Positions 11,922-25,145 of a stretch of 64,000 nucleotides of DNA are shown piece after piece. The notes under the pieces were generated by a model. It saw only the letters and a list, made by a program, of their open reading frames with translations. It did no database searches and was not told the DNA's origin. The DNA comes from Podarcis pityusensis (taxonomy: Eukaryota), in assembly GCA_964106645.2 (NCBI GenBank), contig OZ067039.1. One strand, given 5' to 3'. Position 1 is the first letter of the stretch, and every line of letters starts with the position of its first letter. Position numbers and translations under genes: made by a program.

Positions 11922-12720
11922 TTGCGTGGTGAGGCCCCGCGGCCACCCTATCCCCTAAGGTGCAGATAACTAGACAACACACAGCATATTGGGGTTTTGG
12001 GATCAAATAAGGCCACAACTTTATTGTGAAAGGTTTGGCCATAGGGATTGAGGTAAGCAACAGCATATGTCACTCCTGCCCACCCACTGGGAGTGTTTCT
12101 AAGGGTGAGGCCAAGGGGGGGAGATGCCCTATGACCTATGTTAAATCGGAGCGTTCCCCCAAGCAGTCCACTTTGGAGGAGTGGTATGGCCCTAGCCCCC
12201 ATCTGGGCCTCAGCCAGGAGCCCCTCCTCCTGGATCCTTTTAATAGGATACCATTACCCACGGAGGGGCAAACAGAGGCTACAACCTTCCCTCCAAACAA
12301 GACTAGGCTTAACCCAATGCCTATCCGCCTTACAAAGTTGTGATGATTGCTATGAGGTAAGTGATGGTGGAGCCAATTTGCCAGATGGGAAAAATTTCCG
12401 GCCCCTGATTCCAGCGACCGACACTGTCCATAGCAAGGTTGTACCACTGGCAAAAACCTAATCTGGGTGGGATTAGGGCGGGAGAACCAGCAGGGCAAGA
12501 GAGAGGCTGAAAGGCCCTGCTGGCTAGGTGTTTATCCTTCCCCTGGGTGCAGTGCCAAGCTCTACTACTGGTCAGTTTGCACCATATCTAGGTGAATGCC
12601 CCCTAGATTCCTGCCGCCATTGGTCAATTTAGTGACAGGAGTACAATCCAGCTGGCAATACACTGGTTCACAGGTGAGACGCTGTGCCAGCCCTCAAAGC
12701 TGCCTGCCCAAGGAGGGCAA
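11922..12720 (-). mobile_element. ORF-less terminal-repeat remnant, DIRS/Ngaro-like (tyrosine-recombinase retrotransposon) by inference
   Basis: GC-rich block; on the minus strand it carries aataaagttgtggcc (12011-12025) and terminates ...cacgcaa; collinear motifs shared with 41640-42449. Right boundary approximate; family assignment from recalled motifs. Confidence 0.6.
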
Positions 12721-12989
12721 ACAGACTTTTTAAAAAAACTTGCTAAGGTAGCAGAGCCTATTGAGAAGATGAATAACTCACGCCATTTGAGAACCAACCC
12801 TTTAGATTAATTGTTCGTAGGGGTGAGGGGAATCTATTGTCGGTCTATTAATTTTCCTATAATTAATATACATAATTAAAATATGTATACACATCGTTTC
12901 ATGTAACAGCAATGGTGCACAAAGCATACATTCAGTTTCTGGTTTAGTCAGCCCACCATAAAAGATAAAATACAGAGATAATGTCCATA

Positions 12990-13200
12990 TCACATTCCTG
13001 TCAACATGTTCCTTCCCACCATGAAAAAAATGCATCTTTGAGGTCCATATTTTTCAGCTGCCTAACGTGTTAATTTCTCCATTAAACTGATTTGCCATAT
13101 TTGTCTGTACCAGTCCTCCATTAAGTCATTACTCATTACTTCCCAGTGTTTTATTTGCCAGTTCTTTATTATCACGAATTTAGAAATATAAAACACCAAT
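12990..13200 (-). mobile_element. Old L1-like ORF2 C-terminal fragment
   Basis: SKFVIIKNWQ...MEDWYRQIWQISLMEKLT resembles the L1 ORF2 tail motif (A+..I...WK...W...+......EKLT). Confidence 0.5.
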
Positions 13201-15780
13201 CTTTTGCAGGAGTGTGACGGAGAGGGAATGAATGGTGTGTGCCCATGCAACACAACTCACACAACACACACAACTCTGGAACGTTTTTATTAGCACAGAA
13301 GTGTTGATGAACACCAGGAGAATTGACAGATCTTCCAGATCTTTTACATGCAACACTTTCAAGTTTTTATATTCTTTGTGACATATCAGCTTAGTGTGTG
13401 GAAGGAGGGGGCATACGATCGAAAACCTTGATAATGTCATGTTACGGGGGGGGGGGCAGGGGCGACTTCTAAACATGTTCAGTCAAATGTGCCTGCAAGC
13501 CCTCTTAAGATCTTCCTTCCTATGTGGGGAAGTTGGAGGTGGAATGGTTGGGACAATGAAAGTGGGGCCGTTACACACCTGCCTGCTCCCTTTACACATT
13601 TTATGGCCACTCGCAATCTTTGGAAGAGGACTTAAATATGTGAGGCACTTTAAGGCTGTTTGGAAGTCATCTTCATCTGCTTTAGTTGTTACTGTTTGAA
13701 ATATAGTATAACCTTTCTTACATAATGCAAGGAGGAAGCTTGCTTCCTAACGATTTATAAGTAACACCAAAACCTAAGAAGAATAGGCACCATTGCTGCC
13801 TCTGTCTCCTTTTGCTTCAACAACAGAAGATTCGTTTCACTTTCTTGGGCAATTTTAAGGCCCAAGAAGCACCTAATTATTATTATTATTTTAAGAAAAA
13901 GGAAGTAAGGAAGGTGGTTCTGGATGATGGCATTAATTTACATCCTTTTAGTGGTGTATTTGTACTTTCAGGACAAAGAAAAGGAGGGAAGCAGGAGAAG
14001 GACAAAATCTGTGTTGTGAGGGAGCTTCATTTGGAGATAAGGAGAGTATCAATATGAACGTAGTAAATTTATTAGAGTGATGTTCAAATAAGATTTACTC
14101 AGGGTAAAACAACTGAAATTAATCAAAATTACAAAGTTAGGTCCATTAATTTCAGTGGGTCTACTCTGAGTAAAATGTAGCTGAATACTACCTATAGTCT
14201 TTAGGTTGCCGCAAAACTCTCCGCTGTTTTTGCTACAACAAACTAATATGGCTACCTTCCTGGAACTTATTGCTACAGAAAACATTTAAAAAAGTATGTG
14301 ATTAAAAAAACCCAACCACAACCAAAATGAGGAAAAACATGTCTCTGGAAAAGCAAACGATTACTCTTAAAACAATGTGAGGCCAACAGTAAAAAGTCCC
14401 ATTACTAGATTATGTGTATTTCTTTAATGGCTGTTTCTAGTCTCGGAGGTAACAAAGTTGTCATGTGATGCAGTAGGTTGCCATGGCAATAATCTGTAAT
14501 TGTGCAGAAAATCCACTGAACTAGTATGCAAGTCCTTAGTGTATTGGATGGAAAGAGGAATCAAGCCTGTATAAGCCACGAATTGATGTTGTGAAGCTGC
14601 ACTGAGATAAGTTAGTCCTGTTAAGCCATAGCACATTTTATGTAGTTACCTTCCTCTATTCTTCTGGTTTTATGGTTCCCACACCCCTCAGTCTTCCTCG
14701 CTCTTTGGAGGAGAACTGCATTGTTTTCTTTTAAATGTTTTCCAGAAGTAAAAGAATCATTTCGGGGGGAAACACAAGCACATTAGAATAAAGAGAATGA
14801 AATGCCTTTTGGACTTGAACTGGTTGGCATCCTCATTGGCAGAATGCACATGTTCTGGCTTCCAAAATGGTCTGTTTACACACACAGATGAGGCACACAC
14901 ATGTAATTTTGGTCCCACTTCAGCACCAGATTAAAGTTGAAATCATATACCCACTTATCTGGCAGTAAGCCTCATTTGATTCAGTGAGCCTTAATTCGGC
15001 ATATACAGGCATAGGTTTGCACTGAAGATCCGTTGTGATGATCGGTGGGTTTACGTTCACTTAGCTCTCTGTTGTACTGTGGCAAATGCCTCGGGGGGGG
15101 GGGGAATCCAAAGTGAAGTTTACTTAAAGTAGGTGGTGTTGAACATTGCTAGCCATGTTGGGTGCTGCTCTAGTGGTTGTAACTTGGCAACCACATACAC
15201 TCATGTAAACATACCCATTTGGTGACCTGCCAAGCACAGCATCTCTAACTCAAACCAGACCCATGGTGAAGAAAATGAGAATGTGGAGGCCACAATTCAG
15301 CAGAGTTATTTGCATTTTATACCCAGTGAAGTCAATAGGCATGAGCACACTCAACTCTGTGTTGAATATTTCTGCATAGATTTCCATGCACTGGAGCTCA
15401 CTTCATCAGAAGTTGAATCTCTGTTGGGTTATGACCAAAATATATCTTAATTATTTGAAAGTAGGGTTTTTATTTTTTAAAAGAAACAGCTTCTTTTATT
15501 CTGTGCCTTGGATTACCTCTATTAGGAGGAGGTTGGACTGGCTGTAGTACCTGTCAGCTCCATGATTCTAAGGATCATGGAAACCCAGTTGCCATAACAT
15601 ATCAGTTATCAACACTGATCAACACTGTACATGTTAGAGAGGGAGATCTGACATCACATTTCCCCTTCCCATGACCTCTGAAGCTTCAAATGCCCTGGCT
15701 CAACTGACATTGGAGCTCTGACTTCAGTAGGACAAAAGAAATTGTGTGTGTGTGTGTGTGTGTGTGTTGTTTGGAGGCAT

Positions 15781-15821
15781 GCTGAGGAAGACCAGGAAAC
15801 ATCTGAGGAAGACCAGGAAAC
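15781..15821. repeat. 21-bp tandem duplication (ctgaggaagaccaggaaac x2)
   Basis: Direct reading. Confidence 0.9.
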
Positions 15822-15974
15822 TGCTTGCATCTGAAGGATGGCTTTAAAGGAATATTCAACAAATTCATGCTGAATCCATGGTTACTAGCCACAGTGGCTT
15901 TGCTCTGCCTTCACTGAATGCCAGCTACATGAAGGGAGAATGGTGTAGCAGTCAGGTCCTGCTTGGGAGCTTTG

Positions 15975-16083
15975 GTTGTTTAGGGAAGCTTTTAATGTTT
16001 GATAGATTACTGTATTTTAATATTTTGTTGGAAGCCGCCCAGAGTGGCTGGGGAAGCCCAGCCAGATGGGCAGGGTATAAATA

Positions 16084-16120
<37 letters not shown>
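15975..16120 (+). mobile_element. L2-clade LINE extreme 3' end with (ATT)n tail
   Basis: ggaagccgcccagagtggctggggaagcccagccagatgggcagggtataaata+(ATT)n is the reverse complement of the tail of the L2 at 29365. Confidence 0.85.
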
Positions 16121-16121
<1 letters not shown>

Positions 16122-18609
16122 GCCACCTATGAGAACAGGATGGTGGATAGGATGTGCCATTGGAATTTAGACATGCTCCAGAGCAAGTGTAAATCTCCCC
16201 CTCCCTTTTAAAATGGTTTAAGAATGTTAAAACTAGACAGCAGTGGGAGGAATGCAAGGTTGTTCCTCCACCGTTGCTACTGCCTTATTGGCAAGAGCCT
16301 GCCAGAGCACTGAATGTGGCAACTGAACTGCATTCAGTTTCACCACCACCACCTTACATCTGTAGCCTGAGAGCTCATCAATGAACGTCACGGCAATAAA
16401 AATTCCTTGCCTGAATCCCTGCTGTGAAGGAAGTTAAAATTCAGATAACAGTTAATGTTTAATGTCATGAAGTGAGTTATTTATTTTTTTAAACTATGCA
16501 TTAGGACAGGATGTTGTTGTTGTCATATTTTAAACATCACTATGCATTTATTTCCTTTGATTTATTACCCTCTCATCTTGATCCCAGGGCAGGTTACAGC
16601 CAAACACCAACATAAAACAGAGCCGGTCAGCCCCAACTGAAACATAAATAATATTCTTTTAGAAATCATGACACAGAAGCTGATACACTCAAATAGCAGC
16701 TGGTCATTTATCTACCCTCTTCCGAAATACTGAGCAAAGAGGTACATCTTTAAAGCAGCGCTGAAAACCAAGCCAAGCCAAGCCAAGCCAACATCAGGGA
16801 TGATGGAAGTTGGGGGTCCAATAACACCTGGAAGGCCACAGTTCCCCATCCCTGCATTAAGAGAAGCATATTGGTTGCAAATACAGACTGGTAATGGGAT
16901 AAATTGCAGAGTCCCCTTCCTTCCTTAGAGAGAAGTCCTACAGTCCTAGGGCATGGTCTACATGTGGATGATACATCAACTTTATTGAAGCTAAGAAATT
17001 CTGGGTTTCATCTTTGCCTGGCCAGGAGACTGCCCAGGAATCTTTTGTGTATGCTGCCTTAAATTCTGTAATGGAAAAAAGGTGGCATATAAATATTAGT
17101 AAACATGAATGAAATATAAGTTTTTTGGTTGTTTGTTTATATTACATATATATAAAGTGGCTTACAAAAAGATTTTTAAAATCAAGAAAAAATTACAAAT
17201 GATACTTTAAAACATAATAAACACCTCAACATGCTAAGCCTCTGGGCAGGCTTGCCTAAAAAAGAATGTTTTTAGCAGGCATCAAAAAGAGTACGGTGAA
17301 GATGCCTGCTTGATATCAAATATGCGAAGCTGTTAACACACTGAGTCATAATATTAACCTATCTAGCCCAGTACTGACTGGCAGCAGCACTTGCTCCAGG
17401 AGATGCAATGAAGCATCTTTTAGAATACAGGTTATTAAGGTTCTCTTGGGGCATCTGCTTCACAGGGCTGCTATTAGTATAAAACAAGGGAGGGAGCACA
17501 ACCCTGAGCTCCTTTGAGGAATAAAAATATAACAAATATAACAAAGAATACCTGAATAAAGGAAGAGCTGGCTGAAATGCTTTGACAGAAATGGGTGGGG
17601 AAACTGACACAGAGTCTGGTCCGCATTATTCCTGGCCCCAGTACAAGGGGGTGGGAATCATTCATTAGTTTCAATTGTACAAAACGAGAGAGATGAACAT
17701 ATGGTAATCAGATAATCCAAAGAACTAAGGCTTCAGCAAAATGTTTATATAATGTATTTTTGAAAATCTGTTGGGTAAAGCTAAAGTAATGCAGTGACAT
17801 ACTTCTGAATAGCTATCTCCATGTGTTATGTTTGTGGATATGTCCCATTCTTTGGAACATCTGGTTTTAACAAGTTGAGTTAAGTCCCCCTCGAAACCTC
17901 TAAGTTCTATATGCTTTAATTTAACTTCGTTTTTAATGAAAGCAAAAATCACATTTACAAGCAATTGTTGAAGCCGTGGAGACAACTTCTGTTCTCAGTC
18001 AGCAACAGGGGTGGAAGCCTGCAAAATAGTTTTTGAGCTGCCTTCCTCTTAGTTCCAACATAACCAGTGGTTGCCAACCATTACCTTGCCAGTTCAGTCA
18101 GGATGGCTGACCTAAGTATTGTGGGGCAAGTTAGGGAGAGTCTTCCTTTGGGGCCTTCCCTAATTACAAATAACTCATTGCATAAAAATGTGCGCTCTCT
18201 CTTTGTTTCTGTTCATATTCGTGAAAATATCATGCATTAACCTTCAAGTCTTAAAAGTTGTATGCCCCAATAACTCTCTGTCACTGTTGCCTTAACTCTA
18301 AACACATTGAGGGTGTGTTTACACCACAGTGTCATTTCATTCTTATAACAGTTTAACTGCTATGATTTCCCCAGTAAATCCTGGGAATTGTAGTTTGGTG
18401 GCTGAAAATTCTGTCAGAGATCCCTACAGCTCTTCACAGAAAATAGTTCCTACGGATCCCTAGATAGTGGAAATGACAATGAAAATGAGTTTAAATCCAT
18501 AATATAGATGTCAATGCACTCTGATCTCAGTGGACCTAACTTTACTCATGTTCACAGCATTGGGTGTGTACAGTGTAGATTAATATTTCTTTGTCATTTC
18601 TTTGCCACC

Positions 18610-19197
18610 ACTGATTCCATCAACGGTGTCTCTGAAAAATTGTACACATCACCTGGGAAGACAGGCGAACTAATGCCAGTGTACTGGAAGAAGCAAAGAT
18701 CACTATTGTTGAAGCAATGATTCTTCAACATCAACTTTGTTGGACTGGTCATGTTGTTTGGATGCCTGATTATCGTCTTCCAAAGCAACTACTCTATTCC
18801 AAACTTTAAAATGATAAGCGTAATGCTTGTGGTCAACAAAAGAGGTTCAAAGAAACCCTCAAGGCAAATCTAAAAAAATGTAGTATGAACACTGACAACT
18901 GGGAAACACTGGCCTGTGAGTGCTCTAATTGGAGAACATCCTTTACCAAAGGATGTCATGGGCTTTGAAGATGCTCAAACTCAGGACGGAAGGGAGAAAT
19001 GTGTTAAGAGGAAGGCATGCTTGGCAAACCCTTACCATGATCAACTCCAACCCGGAAATCTACGTCCCCACTTTGGAAGGATGTGTGGATCCAGAATTGG
19101 CCTCCACAGTCACTTACGGACCCACTTTTAAAACCATGTTTGTTTATGGAAGACAATTTTACTTGGCTACAAGTGATCACCAAAGAAGAAAGAAGAA
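18610..19197 (+). mobile_element. RTE-clade LINE 3' fragment, disrupted
   Basis: Translates as FHQRCL..I.HITWEDRRTNASVLEEAKIT..EAMILQHQL.WTGHVV.MPDYRLPKQLLYS...GQQKRFK..LK...C.SRIGLHSHLRTH with stops and frameshifts; (GAA)-type tail. Confidence 0.9.
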
Positions 19198-19734
19198 TAT
19201 TTCTTTGGACTTTGGCTTCTTGGACCCTACCTAATTAGCTGCTGCAGGCAGCCTGCAAAACAACAGCCACCACTGATCCCAACCTTACCAGTCACACTGG
19301 CACAGAAAATGTGTATGCTACTGTCTGATAAGGAATGACTGCTATTCTTTCAAGAGCTCTGGGGCTTTAATAGGTTCTTAATGAATTATGTACCCTCCCC
19401 TTCTCTCTCCCCTAGCTTAATGAGTAGGATTTTAGCTATACTTTTCACTAAGTGAGTTTGCTAGAGTTGGATTGTTGCACATCATGTGGAATGCCTGTGT
19501 GACTTAGAATCAATCCATAACTGCAGCCAACCAGAAATCATTGAAAATACTTCAGGATAGCATCTTCTCTACATAGTTCCCATCATGGGTTTTATGCAGA
19601 CTGAGACTCAACACTCAAGACTGAAACTCAATGTGAGCCCTCCCACTACTCTTTTCCTATTACTGGGATGTTGCAGTAGGAAGAAGCAATGGTAGGTGAC
19701 ATGGGACTGCCTCCACGAGACACTGCACACAGCA

Positions 19735-19862
19735 TCTCCAGCTAGATCTGGCAAAGACTCAGCTCTGAAAGTCTGGAGAGCCATTGCCAGTGTTAATTAA
19801 GGAAGGCAGTCTAGACAACACTGAACTAGGTGAACAAACTTAGTATAAGGCAGTTTCCTATA
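19735..19862 (+). mobile_element. Squam2-like SINE 3' fragment; minus-strand copy at about 60845-60995
   Basis: ctgaaagtctggagagccattgccagt...tagacaacactgaactag...agtataaggcagtttccta tail. Confidence 0.55.
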
Positions 19863-21325
19863 CTGTTGTGGGAAAAGTGATAGAAGCTGATATGTGTGGT
19901 TTTATTTATTTGCCTATTTTTTGTTTTTGTTTTGAGAGCTTGGATGAGTTTACATCTTCATCCTTGACTTCTGCAACAACCTAGCATTTTTAGAATCTGG
20001 TCTATAGAAGCAATGCTAGAATGTTATCAACTGTTTACTTTTTGGTTGGCAGATAATGGAGAATAAAAGTTACATGGAAAAGAACATCACCAGCAGCCTA
20101 TGTTATTCCTTATCATTTTAAGATATACAAGATTAAATATGAAGCAGAATTAGGCCAAGGGCCAGTGAAGGATCTTTTTTTTTTGCTTTGTAAATTCTCT
20201 TACTTTTGCGACCTTCTTTGCTGTCGCTGCATGCACATAAATGGTTTGGGGTTGTTTTGTTTTTAGTTACCATCAGGATTTTTTTTTGTAGCTGCTCCTC
20301 TATGAAACATGTCCAAGAATGTGCCAGAGATTATTAGTATGTGAGACGTTACACATAGAATACCAACTGTTTGTAAGTACGCACAGCGGTTCCTGTTAAA
20401 CTTTTCTGTGTTGCCATTTGTAATTATATAACATTACCACAATACCCCCAATGCTTAGAATAGAGGCTACCAAGGGAATAGTGTGAATACCGCACTACAA
20501 TTATTTAGCTCGAAAGGCAATTGAAAAAGGGTTGAGTGTGACTGCAGCGGAGAGGAAAAGCTCGATTTTAATGACTTCTATTAATGTGATTTTAAACATT
20601 GTTTCCAGTACAGTAACGTCACATGCACTGTAGGGCATTTGTTTCCTTGAAGGTAATATTGAAAATGGGAGCTGTTTGAATGTTTTCCAAGGTTCAGATA
20701 CAATAAACAATGCAATGACTCTCCACTGCAACACAAGCTAATGAAGTGCATCAGATTTGCCCCCTACTTGTGACAGTCTCCCAGCCCCTCCGCCCATATA
20801 TTGCCAAGTTTAGCTCAAGGACTTCAGTTAGTGGTGTGCTGCAGAATACTGGAACGACTGCGCCAAAATTTAACGTATGATAAACACCTCAATCCCTCCC
20901 CATCACCACCCCTGGGCCAGCAGTAAAGCCAGCTTAGTTGTGAGAGGGAAGAAGGGTGGATGGGTGCAGAAAAGGCAAGGAATGAGGAGGTGATCATATT
21001 AAAAACCGAGACGGTGAAGAACTCACAGAATTGTAATCACCTCATTGGGGAGATAAGCATCATTAGTCACCAAGGTCTGTATCCAACCCAGGAATTATGA
21101 AATTATGTTCAACAACGAATTGTCCTGCTATGGTGAAGCGTTTGGATTGTAGTCCCAATGTTTGTACTGATCAGACCCCATTTCACGACATTGCTTGAGG
21201 ACCTAAAGTATCCATAGGAGACGTTTTAAATAAAAACAGAACCAAATAATTCCCAGCAAACCTTCAGTGACTTAGCCAGCCCAAATCCAGATATCTGCTC
21301 TAAATTTTATTTATTAAATTTATAC

Positions 21326-21510
21326 TGAGCTGCCATAAGTACCAGGATTTCAAAAGCGGAATTGACATCCGAGGGGCAGTGCTTCGTCCTGGATCTTAGG
21401 CAAGTCAATTAAAAAATCGCATGGCTTTGGCATTTTTGTGAAAGAAAAGAAAGCTCAACAACTACTTTTGGGGTGTCCCGTTTTTTACTGTTTGAAATAT
21501 GGCAACCCTG
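21326..21510. mobile_element. hAT-type MITE (gttgccata TIR family) inside an L2 tail
   Basis: Ends tgagctgccata...tttgaaatatggcaaccctg; 8-bp TSD atttatac/atttatag; same family at 37716-38014 and about 31490-31587. Confidence 0.7.
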
Positions 21511-22798
21511 ATTTATAGCCCATCCTTACTCCTAAAACAGCCCAGGGCACCAAACCCCTTAGCAATGAAACCAATGTCCAAAAAAAATCACAATTCCAGT
21601 AGATGCAGACAGGGAAAGAGCTCTGTGTAAAAGGCTTGTTGGCAAAGGAAGGTCTTCAGTAGGTGCTAAAAAGACAACAGAGATGGCGCCTGTCCAGTGT
21701 TCAATGGGACAGAATTCCAAGGGGAATTCCAAATTTTGAGATAACTGCCAGCAATAATCTTCATTTCTTTCTTTCAGTTAAAAGTCTCCCCTGCCTTTCT
21801 GTGCAAGGCTCCCAAGAGTGGCTTATGAAAAGTAATCCAAGTAAAACAAGCAATTAAGAATAAAACCGACAATTCAAAACAGTAGTATAGGCATACCAAT
21901 CAAATGAACTGACCCCAGCCCTTCCTAGAGACAACTTTTCAAAGAATAGTGCTAATGTATTCCATATTTTAAGACATGCACACACTTGATATTTTGGATT
22001 AGATGAACACTTGTTAAAATGCTGCCACAATGATGCCCCACTTGGAGAGTTGAGGCTGTTGTTCTGCCTTTGCCAACCTTTTGCTTTGGACTACAACTCC
22101 CATCGGCCCCAGCCAGCATGGCAGATGAGAGTTGTAGACCCAAACATCTGGAGGGTGCCAGGTTTGTAAAAGCTGCTGTCATTAAACATTTCATCTGATT
22201 TTTTAAACAGGAACTTTGTTACATAGAAGTGGGCTTTGTGCATAGATTGCCGGAAAAATGACTACAAAATGTTTGCTGTCCTCCTTCTCCCTACCCTCCT
22301 TGTTTGCATTTCTGCCATCATTTCAGGCAAACAGGCCATTTGCATAAATGTCTAGGGCATGAAAATATCCACTCTCGTATCTTCCCTGTCCGAGCTGGCA
22401 GGACTTAATTGTTGTTTCCAATCAATCCCAGTTCCACTCCAGTGGGCCCATTCAGGTATTCTTCAAGTGAAACAACGAGGCCGATTATGCACGTGTTAGT
22501 GGGAAGAAAGCATAATTGACCAATACTATGTTTATGCGTATGTTTAGGACTGGTGTCCTTTTATCATTGGGGGTCCTTTCTGCCCTCGTAGCAGGCTGCA
22601 ATACAGTTGCATAGCACCTGCTGTTTCCTGTCCTTATCTCACCAAGTTCCTATTTTTATTTCACCTACACAGATTTTTAATGGGCTCTCCACAGAGAAAG
22701 CAGCTCAGGGGCAAAATCTGTGCCACATGTTTAACCTCTTTACTTACTGCATGAATATTGGCTGGGATCTGGAGTCCCTAGGAGCAGAACCTCCCTCA

Positions 22799-23075
22799 CA
22801 TAAGAACATAAGAAAAGCTTCCTGGATCAGGCCAATGGCCTGTCTAATCCAGCATCCTATTCTCACACTGGCCAGCCAGATGCTTGTGGGAAACCCAAAA
22901 GCAAAACCCACACCCAAGAGCACTCTCCCTCCCATGGTTTACAGCAACTGGTATTTCAGAGGCATGCTGCCTCCAAGAGTTGAGGTAGACCACCGTCCTG
23001 TTGGCTGGTAGCCACAAATAGCCTTATCCTCCATGAATTTGTTTAATCTTCTTATCAAGCCATTCCATAGTTTAT
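22799..23075 (-). mobile_element. CR1 LINE 3' end
   Basis: cataagaacataagaa (reverse complement of the CR1 8-mer tail); minus-strand KLWNG...RRLNKFMEDKAICGY. Confidence 0.85.
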
Positions 23076-23239
23076 ATGGAACTTCTAACAGAGAAAACAG
23101 GAGGATGGTGGTCTTCAGTGATTCTGCTTTCCCCCTGCAGAGGTAAACACCCAAAGGCTTCCTTGCTTGAGACAGCCATGTTGACTCATGGATGGCAGGG
23201 ACAGGGCTGAGGGAGATATGTGCCATGAAGACAAGGCCA

Positions 23240-23452
23240 AAAACATGCTGGCTCTGCCTCCACAGTTGAAGGCAGTAATGCTTCTGAAAACCAGTTGCTG
23301 GAAACCACAGGAGGGCAGAGTGTTCTTGTGCTCAGGTCCTGGTTCCAGGTTTCTCACAGGCATGTGGGTAGCCACTGTGAGACCAGGATGCTGTGGGAAC
23401 AGGGGACATTAGCCTGATCCAATAGGCTCATCTTATGTGCTTATATTCTTAT
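23240..23452 (+). mobile_element. CR1 LINE 3'UTR, opposite orientation to 22799-23075
   Basis: ccagttgctggaaaccac...gccactgtgagaccaggatgctg...gcctgatcca...cttatgtgcttatattcttat tail. Confidence 0.8.
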
Positions 23453-24565
23453 CTTCATAGACTCTCTACATGCTTTTCCTCTTCATATGAGTAACTGATG
23501 AGGAGAGCTGGACTCACATTCTAAACCCCTTGGCCATTTTCTCTACTGACCTTCCATACATCACTGGATCATTCGTTATTCTTCAGTGCAACTGCAGTTC
23601 CTGAATAATGAAACTCTCTCACTCCCCCCCCCCATCCAAATGATGCAAGTTAAATACAGGTATGCAAATATGATTGTTTTCATAGTATTTATACCAACCA
23701 GAGAATTTTGAGCCTTTTAGTACAGAAGTGTCATCACTCTGAAAGATTATCCATTAAGAATAAAGAAACATACTATTTGATTATCAGTGTTGAATTTGCC
23801 AATTTATCATCCACGGATCATGCTGTAAGGTTTTTTTTTTTAATGATTAAATCTTTCCATCCTCATTTGATTTTATTAGGATTAGCTGAAAGTTGAAAAT
23901 ATGTCTTCTCAGAAGTAAGTCCCATTGAGCTCAGTGGAACTTACTCCCAGGTATACTGGTACAGGATTGCGGCCGGAGATATTGAATGGGTAGCGGAAAT
24001 CACAATTAACTGTGTGAATGGCCAGACATCATCAAAACAAAGACATTTCAGATATTATTCTGGTATGTTTGCACTGAGCCTTTGTCAAACAATTGACTTG
24101 TAAAAAGCAAAACTTGACCACTAGTAATTGACAGTCAGATGGAAAGGCCTAAATTCCTTGAATAAATCATTCATTAAAGATCGTTTGCTCAGCTGCAGGC
24201 TGGCTTCTTCTACAGCTTCCAGCATTTTTCACTGTGCACCAATCACATTAGCCCAGCATAAAGCATTAGCTTGTGGAAAAACTAAGTTCATGGCATAGCA
24301 ACAGATCCATCTCCACAATATTTAAACAATAAATAGAGTGCACCTGCTAAGATGGCTTGAACTGGGAAAGCAGCCTGACTAATGGATGGAGACTAATCCT
24401 GCAGCGCGGAACAGGCCAGCTCCTCTTCATTGCATGAGATGTGATGCTGAAGTAGCCAAAGCACTAAACAGTGCACTAATGTGCCACCCAACTGCAACGT
24501 GTCATATATGAAACATTCTACAACTTGTAATTGTTTGTGCTTGTAGCATCTCCAGGATCTTTGTC

Positions 24566-25145
24566 CGAATCATGGAATTGTAGAGTTGGAAGTGACCCTG
24601 AGGATCACTTAGTCCAAACCCATCTCAGCTGAAGCATCTATGTCAGATGCCCATCCAACCACTGCTTAACAACCTCCAAGGAAGGAGAGTCCACCACCTC
24701 TCATGGGAGTCTGTTCCACTGTCTAACAGCTCTTACTGCCAGAAAGTTCTTCCTGACGTCGGAATCTCATTTCTTGTAACTTGAAGCCATTGGTTCAGGT
24801 CCTACCCTCCAGAGCAGGAGAAAACAAACTTGCTTCATCTTCCATGTGACAGCCCTTTAGATCAGGGGTCCTTCAAAGGGCCGGATCATTTGGATCATTC
24901 CGGCATCTGCGCAGATGCAATTTCTGGCACCGCAAAAGCGAGTCCCCATGCCATGCTGCACCAGTTGGCAGCTCAGTTTGGGGACGGCTCGTGGGCCAGT
25001 TAAACGACCCCCGTGGGCTGCTTGTGGCCCATGGGCCTTAGGTTGCTGACCCCTGCTTTAGATATTTGAAGATGGCTATCTTATTGCCTCTCAGTTTCCT
25101 CTTATCCAAGCTAAACATACCCAACTTCCTTAACTGTTCCTTTCC
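24566..25145 (-). mobile_element. CR1 LINE 3' fragment (second family) interrupted by a hAT MITE
   Basis: gaatcatggaattgtagagttggaag tail; ctgttccactgtctaacagctcttact...agaaagttcttcct is the reverse complement of the RKNFL.VRAV.QWN.L motif. Confidence 0.85.
24863..25055. mobile_element. hAT (Charlie-like) MITE
   Basis: Ends caggggtc...gacccctg; perfect 8-bp TSD ctttagat (24855-62 / 25056-63). Confidence 0.9.
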
